Sequence record: SRR33789315_30
Reading direction: 5' to 3' (one strand)
Length of the DNA: 64,000 bases
The translations under genes and the position numbers were made by a program. The notes under the pieces were generated by a model, which was not told the origin of the DNA, searched no databases, and worked only from the letters and a program-made list of their open reading frames with translations. Positions 1-9,376 of the stretch are shown here, in pieces (position 1 is the first letter of the stretch; the number at the start of each line of letters is the position of its first letter).

Positions 1-159
1 GATTATCTCTATGCAGAAAGAGAACCATTACGTGACGAATTATTAGATTTAATAGAAGGTACAAAACCAAATGTTTTAAAACGTAAATCAATAGGCGATA
101 GAATCTTAAATAAAGTAGTAAACTTTGTAGAGACTTTTATCAATGGGATGGATAGTTAG
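1..159 (+). CDS. hsdR: 3' end of probable type I restriction endonuclease subunit R (partial)
   Basis: Frame 1 is open from base 1 to TAG at 157-159: DYLYAEREPLRDELLDLIEGTKPNVLKRKSIGDRILNKVVNFVETFINGMDS. This resembles the C-terminus of Bacteroidota HsdR proteins; only 52 aa are visible. Confidence 0.6.
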   Translation, partial: DYLYAEREPLRDELLDLIEGTKPNVLKRKSIGDRILNKVVNFVETFINGMDS

Positions 160-209
160 AATACACACAGACACCTTCCCATACCCTACAAACAAAGGAA
201 AATTTACCT

Positions 210-1949
210 CTACTCATAAACCTTCGGTTCCAGCCATAAATACCCCATACACACCAGAAAAATCATAAAAAACCACCACGGTTTTAGGGGTTTCCACGTT
301 TTATTTTTTGCGCCTGTAGCGTGCGTTTGCTTAAAATAATTTTGATTAGCGGCTATGGTTTCTGCGGCGGTTAATGCTTTCCAGTGTGAAGTGTCTGTAA
401 CATAATAAGAATAAACTGCTGTGGTATCCTGCTTTAACGTAAGTTGGTTCCACCCTGTTTCTTGGGGATGTAGCGTTCCGATCCATATGTTAGGAATAGC
501 CACTTCTTGCCGCAACGGAATTTCAAAATGACCTGTAACTGTGGGTTCATTAACAAGCGTACGTATTTTAAATTGAAAAGGGGCATCTTTAAAAACGATA
601 GCAGGAGCTTCCCAAGTGGCCACCGGAATCTCTTTTTTACTGATGGTGTTGAGGATTTCCGCCCACAATTCCTGATAAGCAGTCGCGTGGTCATCTAAAA
701 GCCACGGATAGGTATTTTCAATCACCGAAGTTCCTACCCTACCAGTTCCCAACCGTTGATATGCCGAAATAAGCTTGCCATTGGCTTGGTAAATAGGCTG
801 AATTAAAAACCCTTCTTTGAATACATATGGATGTTTGGACAATGTCAGCTTCGGCCAGGCATCCAAGCGTATTGCTGTATTTTTATCCCGATAAAAATCA
901 AAAGAAGTCAGGCTTCCTTGCGCATTAAAAAAGCCGGCATCTGCCTGAATCCACACGCCCAAACCGACTTCGCGGATGGCTTTTTCCAGAACGATGCGTT
1001 CGGTTCTGGTCAAGCTTTTTAAGGCATACGTATCCAGTATAAGTAAGTCCAGAGCTTCCAAAGACTTCGCAGACAAAGTGCCTATCGGCGTCCTTTCGCG
1101 ATTAAAATATTCAAACACATAACGCCCTTTGCTAACTTGGCTCCTTACCATAAGTTCGTGTCCGCTTTCGGCTAGGAAATTTTTTAAATATTTGGTTTCA
1201 AAGGTGGGAAAACCATTCAGCACTAGTATTTTTAACCGCTTCTTTTCAGCGATTTGTACGGGTAAAGGATCTGACGAAATCACTTTCCCGAGGCTGTCTT
1301 TTTCGACAAGCCAAAAAACATAATTTCCAACCGTCTTTAATTCGGTTTGCAACTGAAAGTTTTGCTCTTTTTCCGCTTTTAGCGAAATAGAATCGAGAGC
1401 ATTGCCAGCGGGATCTTGCAGCAAGAGCTTATTCCCGTTCTCGCCTTGGTGATATAACCCGTTAATCACCAACAGATTTCCCGTTACATTTTCAGCCTTA
1501 TAATTCAACCGAATGATTCCTTTAGGCAAGTTGCTACCCAGATAGTTTGCCGCGGTATGATCGAGTTGCCAAAGATCAAAAGGTTGTATGCCTTCTCCCA
1601 AAAGCCACACCGTTTTCAGCGTATCGATACGATTTAACAACGGTTTTCCGGCATTGTATGTTAAAACCGGCATTCCTTTATATTGCTGCTGCAAACTGTC
1701 CAATTGTGCTTTTTCATAGTTTGGAGTAAGGATTACGCCCATTCCGGCAGTTTCTGTGCGTAAAACGAGTGGTTGTAAGGCTAATAGTGCCAAAGCGGTT
1801 AGCGCCAGAAAGGCAATTATACTTTTAAGAAACAATCTCTTTTTGCCTGATTTCCATTCTTTCCAAACAAAAACCAGCCCGAGTAAAAGCGCAATCCCTA
1901 AGATGAGCCAGAGCCATTGCGCATGTAGAAAGGTTATTTTTTCACTCAT
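210..1949 (-). CDS. Membrane protein of the TldD/MoxR operon (two N-terminal TM helices, possible class I glutamine amidotransferase-like domain, C-terminal TM)
   Basis: Long ORF; likely ATG at 1949 (MSEKITF) overlaps the upstream stop. Hydrophobic N- and C-termini; KILVLNGFPTFETKYLKNFL segment. Confidence 0.75.
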   Translation of the reverse strand: MSEKITFLHAQWLWLILGIALLLGLVFVWKEWKSGKKRLFLKSIIAFLALTALALLALQPLVLRTETAGMGVILTPNYEKAQLDSLQQQYKGMPVLTYNAGKPLLNRIDTLKTVWLLGEGIQPFDLWQLDHTAANYLGSNLPKGIIRLNYKAENVTGNLLVINGLYHQGENGNKLLLQDPAGNALDSISLKAEKEQNFQLQTELKTVGNYVFWLVEKDSLGKVISSDPLPVQIAEKKRLKILVLNGFPTFETKYLKNFLAESGHELMVRSQVSKGRYVFEYFNRERTPIGTLSAKSLEALDLLILDTYALKSLTRTERIVLEKAIREVGLGVWIQADAGFFNAQGSLTSFDFYRDKNTAIRLDAWPKLTLSKHPYVFKEGFLIQPIYQANGKLISAYQRLGTGRVGTSVIENTYPWLLDDHATAYQELWAEILNTISKKEIPVATWEAPAIVFKDAPFQFKIRTLVNEPTVTGHFEIPLRQEVAIPNIWIGTLHPQETGWNQLTLKQDTTAVYSYYVTDTSHWKALTAAETIAANQNYFKQTHATGAKNKTWKPLKPWWFFMIFLVCMGYLWLEPKVYE

Positions 1950-4110
1950 GAAGTTCAAGTTCCTTTAATAACCATTCATTTAATACGTCCGAAAAATAGG
2001 TTCCTTTACTGGGATTGGCTTCGCTTTTAGGAAGTGCCAACAGCAAGCCGCCTTGCACCTTTTCGAGCAATTCAGTTGTTTGTTCTTTATCCTCTGCCAA
2101 GCGTTTTAAGCCTTGCAAAGTACTGAGGTATTTCCCCGGATTTTCGATCGCTAAAGTCGCCAACTCAGTACCGGCTTTTTCAAAAAGTACACGATCCTCT
2201 TCTGAAAACAAAGCGCCTGCTGCCCGTAATTGCGATAGCCGTTGAATGGTTTGGCGTAAATAAGGATAGGCTTCGTTGTCCTCAAATTCTTGGCTTTTTC
2301 TAAAACTCACCACCTTATCCATTTTACCAGACAACCGCTTATCTTCTTTTATAGGTGGCGGATCAAACCCGATGCGATGCACATAAATCCGGGCACTATT
2401 CTTTATTTGCTGCAAGAGTTCTAAGGCGCGGTATTGATAAGGCAATGACTTTTTGGGTTCATACAACCGCAGCTGAAGTTCGGCATCCCACATTTCGTTC
2501 AGCGCAAGCCGCATTTTGGTCTTCAAGGATTGCGTAAAGGATTTCGTTTTGGGATCTTGTTCCTCGGGCTCGGCTTCTTTGGCATCGGCATCAGCCACGA
2601 GATTATGCTCGTTGTTCCCGTCATGCGCATGCCGGTATTCTGCTAAAGGATCTTCGTCACTATGTTCTGCTTCGGTTTCCGCTTCGTGTTCCTCGGCACC
2701 TTCTGTCTCTTCTCCCGCAAACTCCCCATATTTAAGCCGAAGTTGCTTTTGGTCATAACCCAAAGCATTACTTTTCGATTTAAACTCCTCTTTGCTCAAA
2801 CTTGATTTTTCGCTTATCAATTTCTCGGTATCGATGATGAGTTGCCGCTGACTACGGAAATAATCCGGCATCAGGTCCACACCCATAGTGCCTTCTACTT
2901 CAAACTCATACGAAGTCGTATCCTTGATCACCGCAAAATAGGTTTCACTTCGGGAGCGATTGGGCTTGGGTTGCTTGCCATCTAAGGCCTCCACATAAAA
3001 ATAAAGTTCATCGCCGGGTTCCATTTTTAGAGCATCCAAATCTATTTTTTTTGCTAACGAAAGGTTTTTGCTTCCGCTTGAATAAGACGTGTCAAAATTG
3101 AATTTTTCTTCCCTAAACTTGACCGATTCTCCGGTTCCCTTACTTACGGTTGCAATAATATACGCTTCAGCAATACCAAAATCATCTGTAATCAACGTAT
3201 TGAATTTCAATATCTTAGTTTCATCAAAATCAAAACTAATAAAGGGCTTGAGGTTTTGCATGGTTATAACCGGCTCTTGATCTTTAATCACTTCAAGCGC
3301 ATAGAGATCAGACAAATAAACGGCGCCCAGCGAATCGCTGAATTTAAAATCATAAAAACCCGGCGCAGTCAAGGTGATGGATTTTTGGTAGGAATTTGCA
3401 TGAAATGGCATTGGATAACTTTTCCCATCACGTTCCCAAATCACCTCTTGCACCGCACCGTCAAACTCGATATGCCATGATAATCTCGAACCTTCTAACG
3501 CCTTAATATCCATTTTTGAGGTGGAAAAAGCCGGAATTTTGGTATAAGACGGATAGCTAATCGTAACCCGTTGCTGCGTTAAAACCGGTGGTTTTGACTT
3601 TATGGCTGCGGAATCTGTAGGTTTAAAAACGATCGCATTTTGTGGTGCTATAGTGGGTTTTACAGAAGGTTTAAATACATCCCAATGTGCCAGCAAAAAT
3701 CCTGCAAGTACAAATACCGAAGCAATACCCGCTGCGCGAAACAGATTATGTTTAGGTTGAATGCTGCTTATATTTTCTTGTAATTGGTTAGAAACCCGCT
3801 GCCGCTGAAGCTGAGCCAGAGGGGTAAGTTTGTCATTGGATGCGAGTAAAAGTCCGGTGCTGTATTGCATCGTTTCCAGCTTTTGATCGATAAAACGGGT
3901 TATTTTTTCTAAACTTAATTGCCACGGTTTAAAGACGATTGCAAAAATGAGAAGGAGAACCAAAAAGCAACTTAGCGCAGCTAAAAATTGAGACGTCACC
4001 AAATAAAGCGCCACGGCAGGTCCTAGTGCATACAGGAAAATTTCTAGGCCTTGCAGAAGCTGCCATCGTTTTTTAAACCGAATCAATATGTCTTTTCCCG
4101 TATCGATCAT
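1942..4110 (-). CDS. DUF4175-like membrane-anchored protein with acidic/His-rich linker
   Basis: 722 aa, three N-terminal TM segments, DDFGI and PGDELYFY motifs, PDYFRSQRQLIIDTE, EMWDAEL; typical neighbour of BatA/DUF58/MoxR genes. Confidence 0.7.
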   Translation of the reverse strand: MIDTGKDILIRFKKRWQLLQGLEIFLYALGPAVALYLVTSQFLAALSCFLVLLLIFAIVFKPWQLSLEKITRFIDQKLETMQYSTGLLLASNDKLTPLAQLQRQRVSNQLQENISSIQPKHNLFRAAGIASVFVLAGFLLAHWDVFKPSVKPTIAPQNAIVFKPTDSAAIKSKPPVLTQQRVTISYPSYTKIPAFSTSKMDIKALEGSRLSWHIEFDGAVQEVIWERDGKSYPMPFHANSYQKSITLTAPGFYDFKFSDSLGAVYLSDLYALEVIKDQEPVITMQNLKPFISFDFDETKILKFNTLITDDFGIAEAYIIATVSKGTGESVKFREEKFNFDTSYSSGSKNLSLAKKIDLDALKMEPGDELYFYVEALDGKQPKPNRSRSETYFAVIKDTTSYEFEVEGTMGVDLMPDYFRSQRQLIIDTEKLISEKSSLSKEEFKSKSNALGYDQKQLRLKYGEFAGEETEGAEEHEAETEAEHSDEDPLAEYRHAHDGNNEHNLVADADAKEAEPEEQDPKTKSFTQSLKTKMRLALNEMWDAELQLRLYEPKKSLPYQYRALELLQQIKNSARIYVHRIGFDPPPIKEDKRLSGKMDKVVSFRKSQEFEDNEAYPYLRQTIQRLSQLRAAGALFSEEDRVLFEKAGTELATLAIENPGKYLSTLQGLKRLAEDKEQTTELLEKVQGGLLLALPKSEANPSKGTYFSDVLNEWLLKELELHE

Positions 4111-5390
4111 TGTTTTCTATAATGGGCTAAAATACGTTCGGCAAAAAGGAGGATCACAAGTGCAATCCAAAATAATTTAGAACTATCCACAACACTGAAT
4201 TCCCGTTTTATTCCTTTTTCTGAACGGACTCGAGGCAACAATTCTGCGCGATTTACCACACGTTTGTCATAGGGTTTTATCTTTTCTTCCAGTGAAGGAT
4301 GAAAATCGAGAAAAGCCAACAATTGCTCCGGCAAATGGCTGTCGATAGTATTTGCTGCATTTAACGATTGGGTGAGATAAAAGGTTTTTGAATAGGACTG
4401 ATGGCTTATCAAGTCACTTGCCAAAGAATCTGGTTTATAAATCAGTTTTTGTCCAGAAAAATTAATCACTGGTTTGCTGCTCAACCAAACCAAATGGCTG
4501 TAGGTGTTCAAATTACTCGGTACTTTTTGAACAGTATCTAGGATAATTGTACTTTCTAAATAGTTTGCTATGGCTGAAAATGAAGCCTGCATATACTTGA
4601 CCTCATCAATCATATCTTCCTCATAAACCAATATAATTTTCAGTGGTTTTACCGTATCTAAGGCTAACCTGTTTTGATTTTCGCCCACGGCAATTTTAAT
4701 ACTGTCATGATCAATCGCTAAACGGTTGCTGTTTAACGGAAGCTTTTCGGTATTGAAAATCAGTTTTTTTGAATCACTTGATACTGCTAATAATGCTATT
4801 TCATCTCCATTTTGAATCGCTTCAACCGCTGCTGTTTCCGGCTTGCCTTCATCAAGAATTACCCAATTCACGTTTGCTTTTACCGTGGGTCGCATGCCGT
4901 TAAATCCGGTTTGAAAAGCATTGGTAAAAACCACGATACTGTCTGCATGCAAGGTTTCCATTTCACTGGCGAGTTGCCAATAATTAGGCGGAATCGCATT
5001 CAAATCTGGTATTTCTTCCTGTTGAAATGCAGGAAAACCCGGTTGCAAAAGCCGAATAGGAGCTTCTAGGGTGTCAACCAGCGCCATGATTTGGGTATTT
5101 GAAAGCAAAGAAGGTTCAATAACATACACCAGAGGTTTGTTCTCCAGCTTTTTCTTGAGTCTGGGACCCGCCAGAATACAAGCCAAAAGCGCGATGATCA
5201 ATAGGCGTAGCAAAAGCAAAAGCCATTCATTTAACTGAATCCTACTGCTTTGTTTTGAATCTGCTTCTTGCAGGAGTTTGAGACTTCCTACCTGGATGAC
5301 TTTGCCTTCCTTTTTACTCCACAAATGAATGATCACCGGCACCGCCAGCGCCAGTAAACTCCATAAATACGTGGGGTTTAGAAACATCAT
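4107..5390 (-). CDS. BatA (aerotolerance regulator N-terminal) domain membrane protein
   Basis: N-terminus FLNPTYLWSLLALAVPVIIHL...LLLLLRLLII is the BatA N-terminal signature; C-terminal TM ending ERILA. Confidence 0.85.
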   Translation of the reverse strand: MMFLNPTYLWSLLALAVPVIIHLWSKKEGKVIQVGSLKLLQEADSKQSSRIQLNEWLLLLLRLLIIALLACILAGPRLKKKLENKPLVYVIEPSLLSNTQIMALVDTLEAPIRLLQPGFPAFQQEEIPDLNAIPPNYWQLASEMETLHADSIVVFTNAFQTGFNGMRPTVKANVNWVILDEGKPETAAVEAIQNGDEIALLAVSSDSKKLIFNTEKLPLNSNRLAIDHDSIKIAVGENQNRLALDTVKPLKIILVYEEDMIDEVKYMQASFSAIANYLESTIILDTVQKVPSNLNTYSHLVWLSSKPVINFSGQKLIYKPDSLASDLISHQSYSKTFYLTQSLNAANTIDSHLPEQLLAFLDFHPSLEEKIKPYDKRVVNRAELLPRVRSEKGIKREFSVVDSSKLFWIALVILLFAERILAHYRKQ

Positions 5391-6283
5391 ATCAACCTGT
5401 TTCTATTCTTTAAAAAAACCTGCAATGCTTCCCCAATAGGTTCCTCTAACCGAAAAAGATGATAGCCTATATCTTTGGAGAGCAACTTGTTTTGTAGGGT
5501 TTTCATCATCGCATCTAAAGAAGCCAGGTAATGGCTTTTAGCCATTTTTGCATCTACTTTGAGTCGTGCTCCCGTCTCTAAATCTTCAAAAGTAACAGCA
5601 CCATTATAGTCAAATTCCAATTCATTTTTTCCCATTACATGAAGCACAACCACTTCGTTTCTGGAAGTTTTCATCCGCTGGATAAAAGCAGTCAGTTCTT
5701 CCTCATGTTCATACATATCGGTAATAAAAAAGAGCAATTCCTTTTGGCTACGTGTATGTAATTTTTCGGAATCAGCCGTGTTTTGTGGCCATTTTCCCGC
5801 GTTGTTGATGTTAATCAATTCCAGCAGTAACCTATTGTATTGTTGCTGTTGCGTTCTGGGCGTAAGGCTGTATAATTGCTGATCATTAAGCGCAAAAAGC
5901 CCGATGGCATCGCCCTGCTGTTTGGATAAATAGGCCAAAGAAGCCACCAAAACCCGTACATAATCCATTTTTGAAAGTCCGTCTTCTTGATGCAACATCG
6001 ATTTGCTGGCATCCAGAATAAACTTCACCGAAATATTTGTTTCCACTTCGGCCTGTTTAATATAATACCTACCCGAACGGGAAAGCATTTTCCAATCTAA
6101 TAAGCGCAAGTCATCGCCCGGCTCATACGCTCGGTATTGGCTAAACTCCATTCCGGGACCCACCCGACGGCTGTAGTTAAGTCCGGACAGATATCCTTCT
6201 ACCGTTACCCGCGCGATAAGAGACAATCCAGAAACGGTATGGATCACCTCGGGTTTAAGCAATTGCTGATAATCTTGCTTCAC
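5387..6283 (-). CDS. DUF58 / vWA-domain protein
   Basis: GMEFSQYRAYEPGDDLRLLDWK motif and MIDAS-like DASKS; GTG start abuts the moxR stop. Confidence 0.9.
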   Translation of the reverse strand: MKQDYQQLLKPEVIHTVSGLSLIARVTVEGYLSGLNYSRRVGPGMEFSQYRAYEPGDDLRLLDWKMLSRSGRYYIKQAEVETNISVKFILDASKSMLHQEDGLSKMDYVRVLVASLAYLSKQQGDAIGLFALNDQQLYSLTPRTQQQQYNRLLLELININNAGKWPQNTADSEKLHTRSQKELLFFITDMYEHEEELTAFIQRMKTSRNEVVVLHVMGKNELEFDYNGAVTFEDLETGARLKVDAKMAKSHYLASLDAMMKTLQNKLLSKDIGYHLFRLEEPIGEALQVFLKNRNRLI

Positions 6284-7291
6284 TTATTTTCCTTTTGGAA
6301 TGCTTATCTCTTTTAAAAGGTGTTGGGTTACCGCATCAGAGGTGATTCCTGCGGCTTCTGCTTTAAAATTGACCAAAACACGATGGCGCAATACCGGTAA
6401 AGCCACATGCTGAATATCTTCTGGCAACACCGCCAAACGCCCGTTAATCAATGCCCGTGCTTTTGCGGTAAGGATCATTGCTTGCCCAGCTCGCGGACCT
6501 GCACCCCAACTCACCCATTCTTTTACATAACTATTTGTAGTGGTGTCTGGTCGTGTGGCGCGCACCAACTGACTTACATACGTGATCAACTCATCACTTA
6601 TAGGCACTTCGCGAACCAATTGCTGTAACCTAAAAATCTCTTCCCCGTTAATAACGGCATTGATGGTTTCTTTTTTAGAGCCTGTGGTATTCTTCAGTAT
6701 TTGGGTTTCTTCTGTTTCATTGGGATACCCAATTTTTATGTAGAACAGAAAGCGATCCTGCTGGGCTTCGGGCAACGGAAATGTTCCAGATTGCTCGATT
6801 GGATTTTGGGTAGCCAATATAAAAAAAGGCTTGTCTAATTTATAAGTCTTTCCCGAATAGGTCACCTCAAATTCCTGCATAGCTTCCAATAAAGCCGCTT
6901 GCGTTTTTGGCGGAGTCCGGTTGATTTCATCTGCCAAAATGATATTCGAGAAAATTGGTCCTTTTTTAAATTCAAAAAACTTCTTACCCGTCGTGTGATC
7001 GTCTTCCAGGATTTCGGTACCAATAATGTCTGAAGGCATCAAATCTGGCGTGAACTGGATTCTTTTAAAATTGAGATGAATCGCTTGTGCCAAAGAGCGA
7101 ATCATCAAGGTTTTTGCCAATCCCGGAACACCTTCTAACAAAGCATGACCACCTGCTAAAAACGTAATCAATAGCTGTTCTACGGTATCTTCTTGGCCTA
7201 TAATTACTTTACCAATCTCTTTTTTCAATTGGGTAAGCTTGCCCGTAAGTACTTTTATTTCGCGATCGATTTGCATTAGGTTTTCGTTCAT
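6284..7291 (-). CDS. moxR: MoxR-family AAA+ ATPase
   Basis: Walker A GVPGLAKT, RIQFTPDLMPSD, Walker B LADEINR, ATQNPIEQSGTFPLPEAQQDRF. Confidence 0.95.
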   Translation of the reverse strand: MNENLMQIDREIKVLTGKLTQLKKEIGKVIIGQEDTVEQLLITFLAGGHALLEGVPGLAKTLMIRSLAQAIHLNFKRIQFTPDLMPSDIIGTEILEDDHTTGKKFFEFKKGPIFSNIILADEINRTPPKTQAALLEAMQEFEVTYSGKTYKLDKPFFILATQNPIEQSGTFPLPEAQQDRFLFYIKIGYPNETEETQILKNTTGSKKETINAVINGEEIFRLQQLVREVPISDELITYVSQLVRATRPDTTTNSYVKEWVSWGAGPRAGQAMILTAKARALINGRLAVLPEDIQHVALPVLRHRVLVNFKAEAAGITSDAVTQHLLKEISIPKGK

Positions 7292-7302
7292 ATATTTAAA
7301 TT

Positions 7303-7923
7303 TTATGAGGTAAGTGCATACATCACGATGTTTACCCCAAAACGGGTATTGTCTATTTTATACCACCTTTTATTTCTAAAATCATAATCCCACTCGCAGC
7401 CATAATCCTTATTGCTGTATAAAACGCCTATCCTTCCGTTGATCTCTATGGCCTTTAAATAATCATGAACCAGATCATCTCCCCAGCCATTTAATTCTTG
7501 TGAGGTCGTGGGCGGCCCGTTTTCAAACTCAAAAAAAACCTGATACAGCTCGTGGTTATTTGGGATTTTTTTCAATGCTTGCGCACCAAAAAGAGCTTCC
7601 ATCTGGTTTTCAAAAGATTTGGCAAACAACCCGTCTATATCATGATTACAGTCATCTACAAAGACAAAACCGCCGTTGCGCACGTATTTTTCAAAGTTTT
7701 CGCGTTCCTTTTTGGTAAACTGAACCAACTTATGCCCCGATAAATAGCAAAAAGGACATTTGAAAATATCCTCACTACTCAGCGTAATTATATTTTCCTG
7801 TTTATTGATTTTGAGCGTGGTATATTCTACCAAAGAATTAAGCAAGTTAGAAGGCATGCGTTGATCTACATCCCAATCTCCAGATTCATATTGCAATCGT
7901 GTAAAGAAAAACGCGTTACCCAC
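7303..7923 (-). CDS. DUF4159 domain protein
   Basis: FTRLQYESGDWDVD...GGFVFVDDCNHDIDG...KDYGCEWDY; GTG start; conserved context between tldE and moxR. Confidence 0.85.
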   Translation of the reverse strand: MGNAFFFTRLQYESGDWDVDQRMPSNLLNSLVEYTTLKINKQENIITLSSEDIFKCPFCYLSGHKLVQFTKKERENFEKYVRNGGFVFVDDCNHDIDGLFAKSFENQMEALFGAQALKKIPNNHELYQVFFEFENGPPTTSQELNGWGDDLVHDYLKAIEINGRIGVLYSNKDYGCEWDYDFRNKRWYKIDNTRFGVNIVMYALTS

Positions 7924-7974
7924 TCTTCATTTTCGTTTATATGCTTCAGTAATTCTTGTTGTATACCCTACTAT

Positions 7975-8010
7975 AAAAAAACTGGTTGTGGTGTTTAACC
8001 ACAACCAGTT
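7975..8010 (-). terminator. Rho-independent terminator-like hairpin after tldE
   Basis: Perfect 12-bp stem AACTGGTTGTGG/CCACAACCAGTT with a 7-nt loop, running into a T tract on the minus strand, 18 nt past the tldE stop. Confidence 0.75.
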
Positions 8011-8028
8011 CAATAACTTTCCTAGCCG

Positions 8029-9345
8029 TTATACGGCATCTGATAAACTGGTGAAGGTGAAATCTCTTATTTTCATATACGGAATAAGATCACCGTCAAC
8101 ACGAACCTGTTGTCCTAATGTTTCCAGATTATTGAGCATAATTATCGGGCTTTCGTTAAATCTGAAATTCTTAACCGGATATTTGATTTTTCCATTTTCG
8201 ATGTAAAAAGTCCCATCGCGGGTAAGTCCCGTAAACAATAAAGTTTGTGGATCTACAGACCTGATGTACCAGAAGCGCGTAACCAAAAGTCCTTTTTTGG
8301 TGCCTTTTATAAGTTCATCTAAAGAAGCATCTCCGCCTTCCATAATAAAATTACCGGGAAAAGGTACCGGTTCTACCTCTTTTTGCCCTGCCCAATACCG
8401 GCTATAGGCTAAGTTTTTAACCGCACCGTTTTCGATCCAAGACATTTTTTTTAAGGGTTGTCCTTCCCCATTCCACGTTGATGTAGGCACATCAGGATGC
8501 AATGGATCAGAATATATGGTTACCCGTTCATCCACAATTTTTTGCCCCATTTTGGTGCCGCCACCTTCTTTAGACATAAAGCTTCTTCCTTCATCTGCCG
8601 TACGTGCATCAAACGATCTGAACATACTTCCCAGTAAACCTGAAGCTGCAGCCGGTTCTAAAATCACGGTATATCTTCCGGGCTCAATAGCACGCGCTTC
8701 TTTTGAAAGCACCGCTTTTTCTACCGCAGTTTGGGCAGCCTCCTCCGGATCAAATTTGGTAATATCATTAAAATCACGCGTTACCCAACCTGATCCTGTA
8801 CCATCATTTGTGCGCATGGTAACCGTAAATTCAGCATTGGTGGCTTTGTTGTACGCAAAAAGTCCGTTAGAAGTTAAGAGCGCTCTAAATCCTGACGAAT
8901 CGTCCAAAAATCCAGCAGCGGTTACGTCTTTGGCTTCTGCAGCGGTAATGCTACTCAACGCCACTTCTGCCCGATACTCAGGCGCCACTTTTGCGGTAGC
9001 TTCCACAAAACTTATAGCCTCATCATAGGTTTGTGGCCCCATAGGTTCCATAAATTCAGGATTTTCTGGCGAAAACTTGGCTAACTCCTCTGCTATTTTC
9101 ACTACTTTTTCAAGGGAAACATCATCAAATTCATCTATAGTTGCGGTACCAGATTGCTTACCGAAACTTGCTTGTACTACCAGCGATTGATTGGAACGAT
9201 GACCCGCTGTAGAAACCGTGTTGCGCGCATAACGAATGTTTCCGCTTTCGCTTCCGCTCATATTAATTACACAAGCATCAGACTTGGAAAAGCTCAATGC
9301 TTTTTCCATAATCTTTTTAGCTTCTTCTTTTGTATATATTGCCAT
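8029..9345 (-). CDS. tldE: TldE/PmbA family protein (non-catalytic partner)
   Basis: PGRYTVILEP, TGLTRDGTFYIENGKI, NFRFNES; no HExxxH motif; adjacent to tldD. Confidence 0.88.
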   Translation of the reverse strand: MAIYTKEEAKKIMEKALSFSKSDACVINMSGSESGNIRYARNTVSTAGHRSNQSLVVQASFGKQSGTATIDEFDDVSLEKVVKIAEELAKFSPENPEFMEPMGPQTYDEAISFVEATAKVAPEYRAEVALSSITAAEAKDVTAAGFLDDSSGFRALLTSNGLFAYNKATNAEFTVTMRTNDGTGSGWVTRDFNDITKFDPEEAAQTAVEKAVLSKEARAIEPGRYTVILEPAAASGLLGSMFRSFDARTADEGRSFMSKEGGGTKMGQKIVDERVTIYSDPLHPDVPTSTWNGEGQPLKKMSWIENGAVKNLAYSRYWAGQKEVEPVPFPGNFIMEGGDASLDELIKGTKKGLLVTRFWYIRSVDPQTLLFTGLTRDGTFYIENGKIKYPVKNFRFNESPIIMLNNLETLGQQVRVDGDLIPYMKIRDFTFTSLSDAV

Positions 9346-9376
9346 TATTATCTTCTTGATTTATGTAAAACAATTA

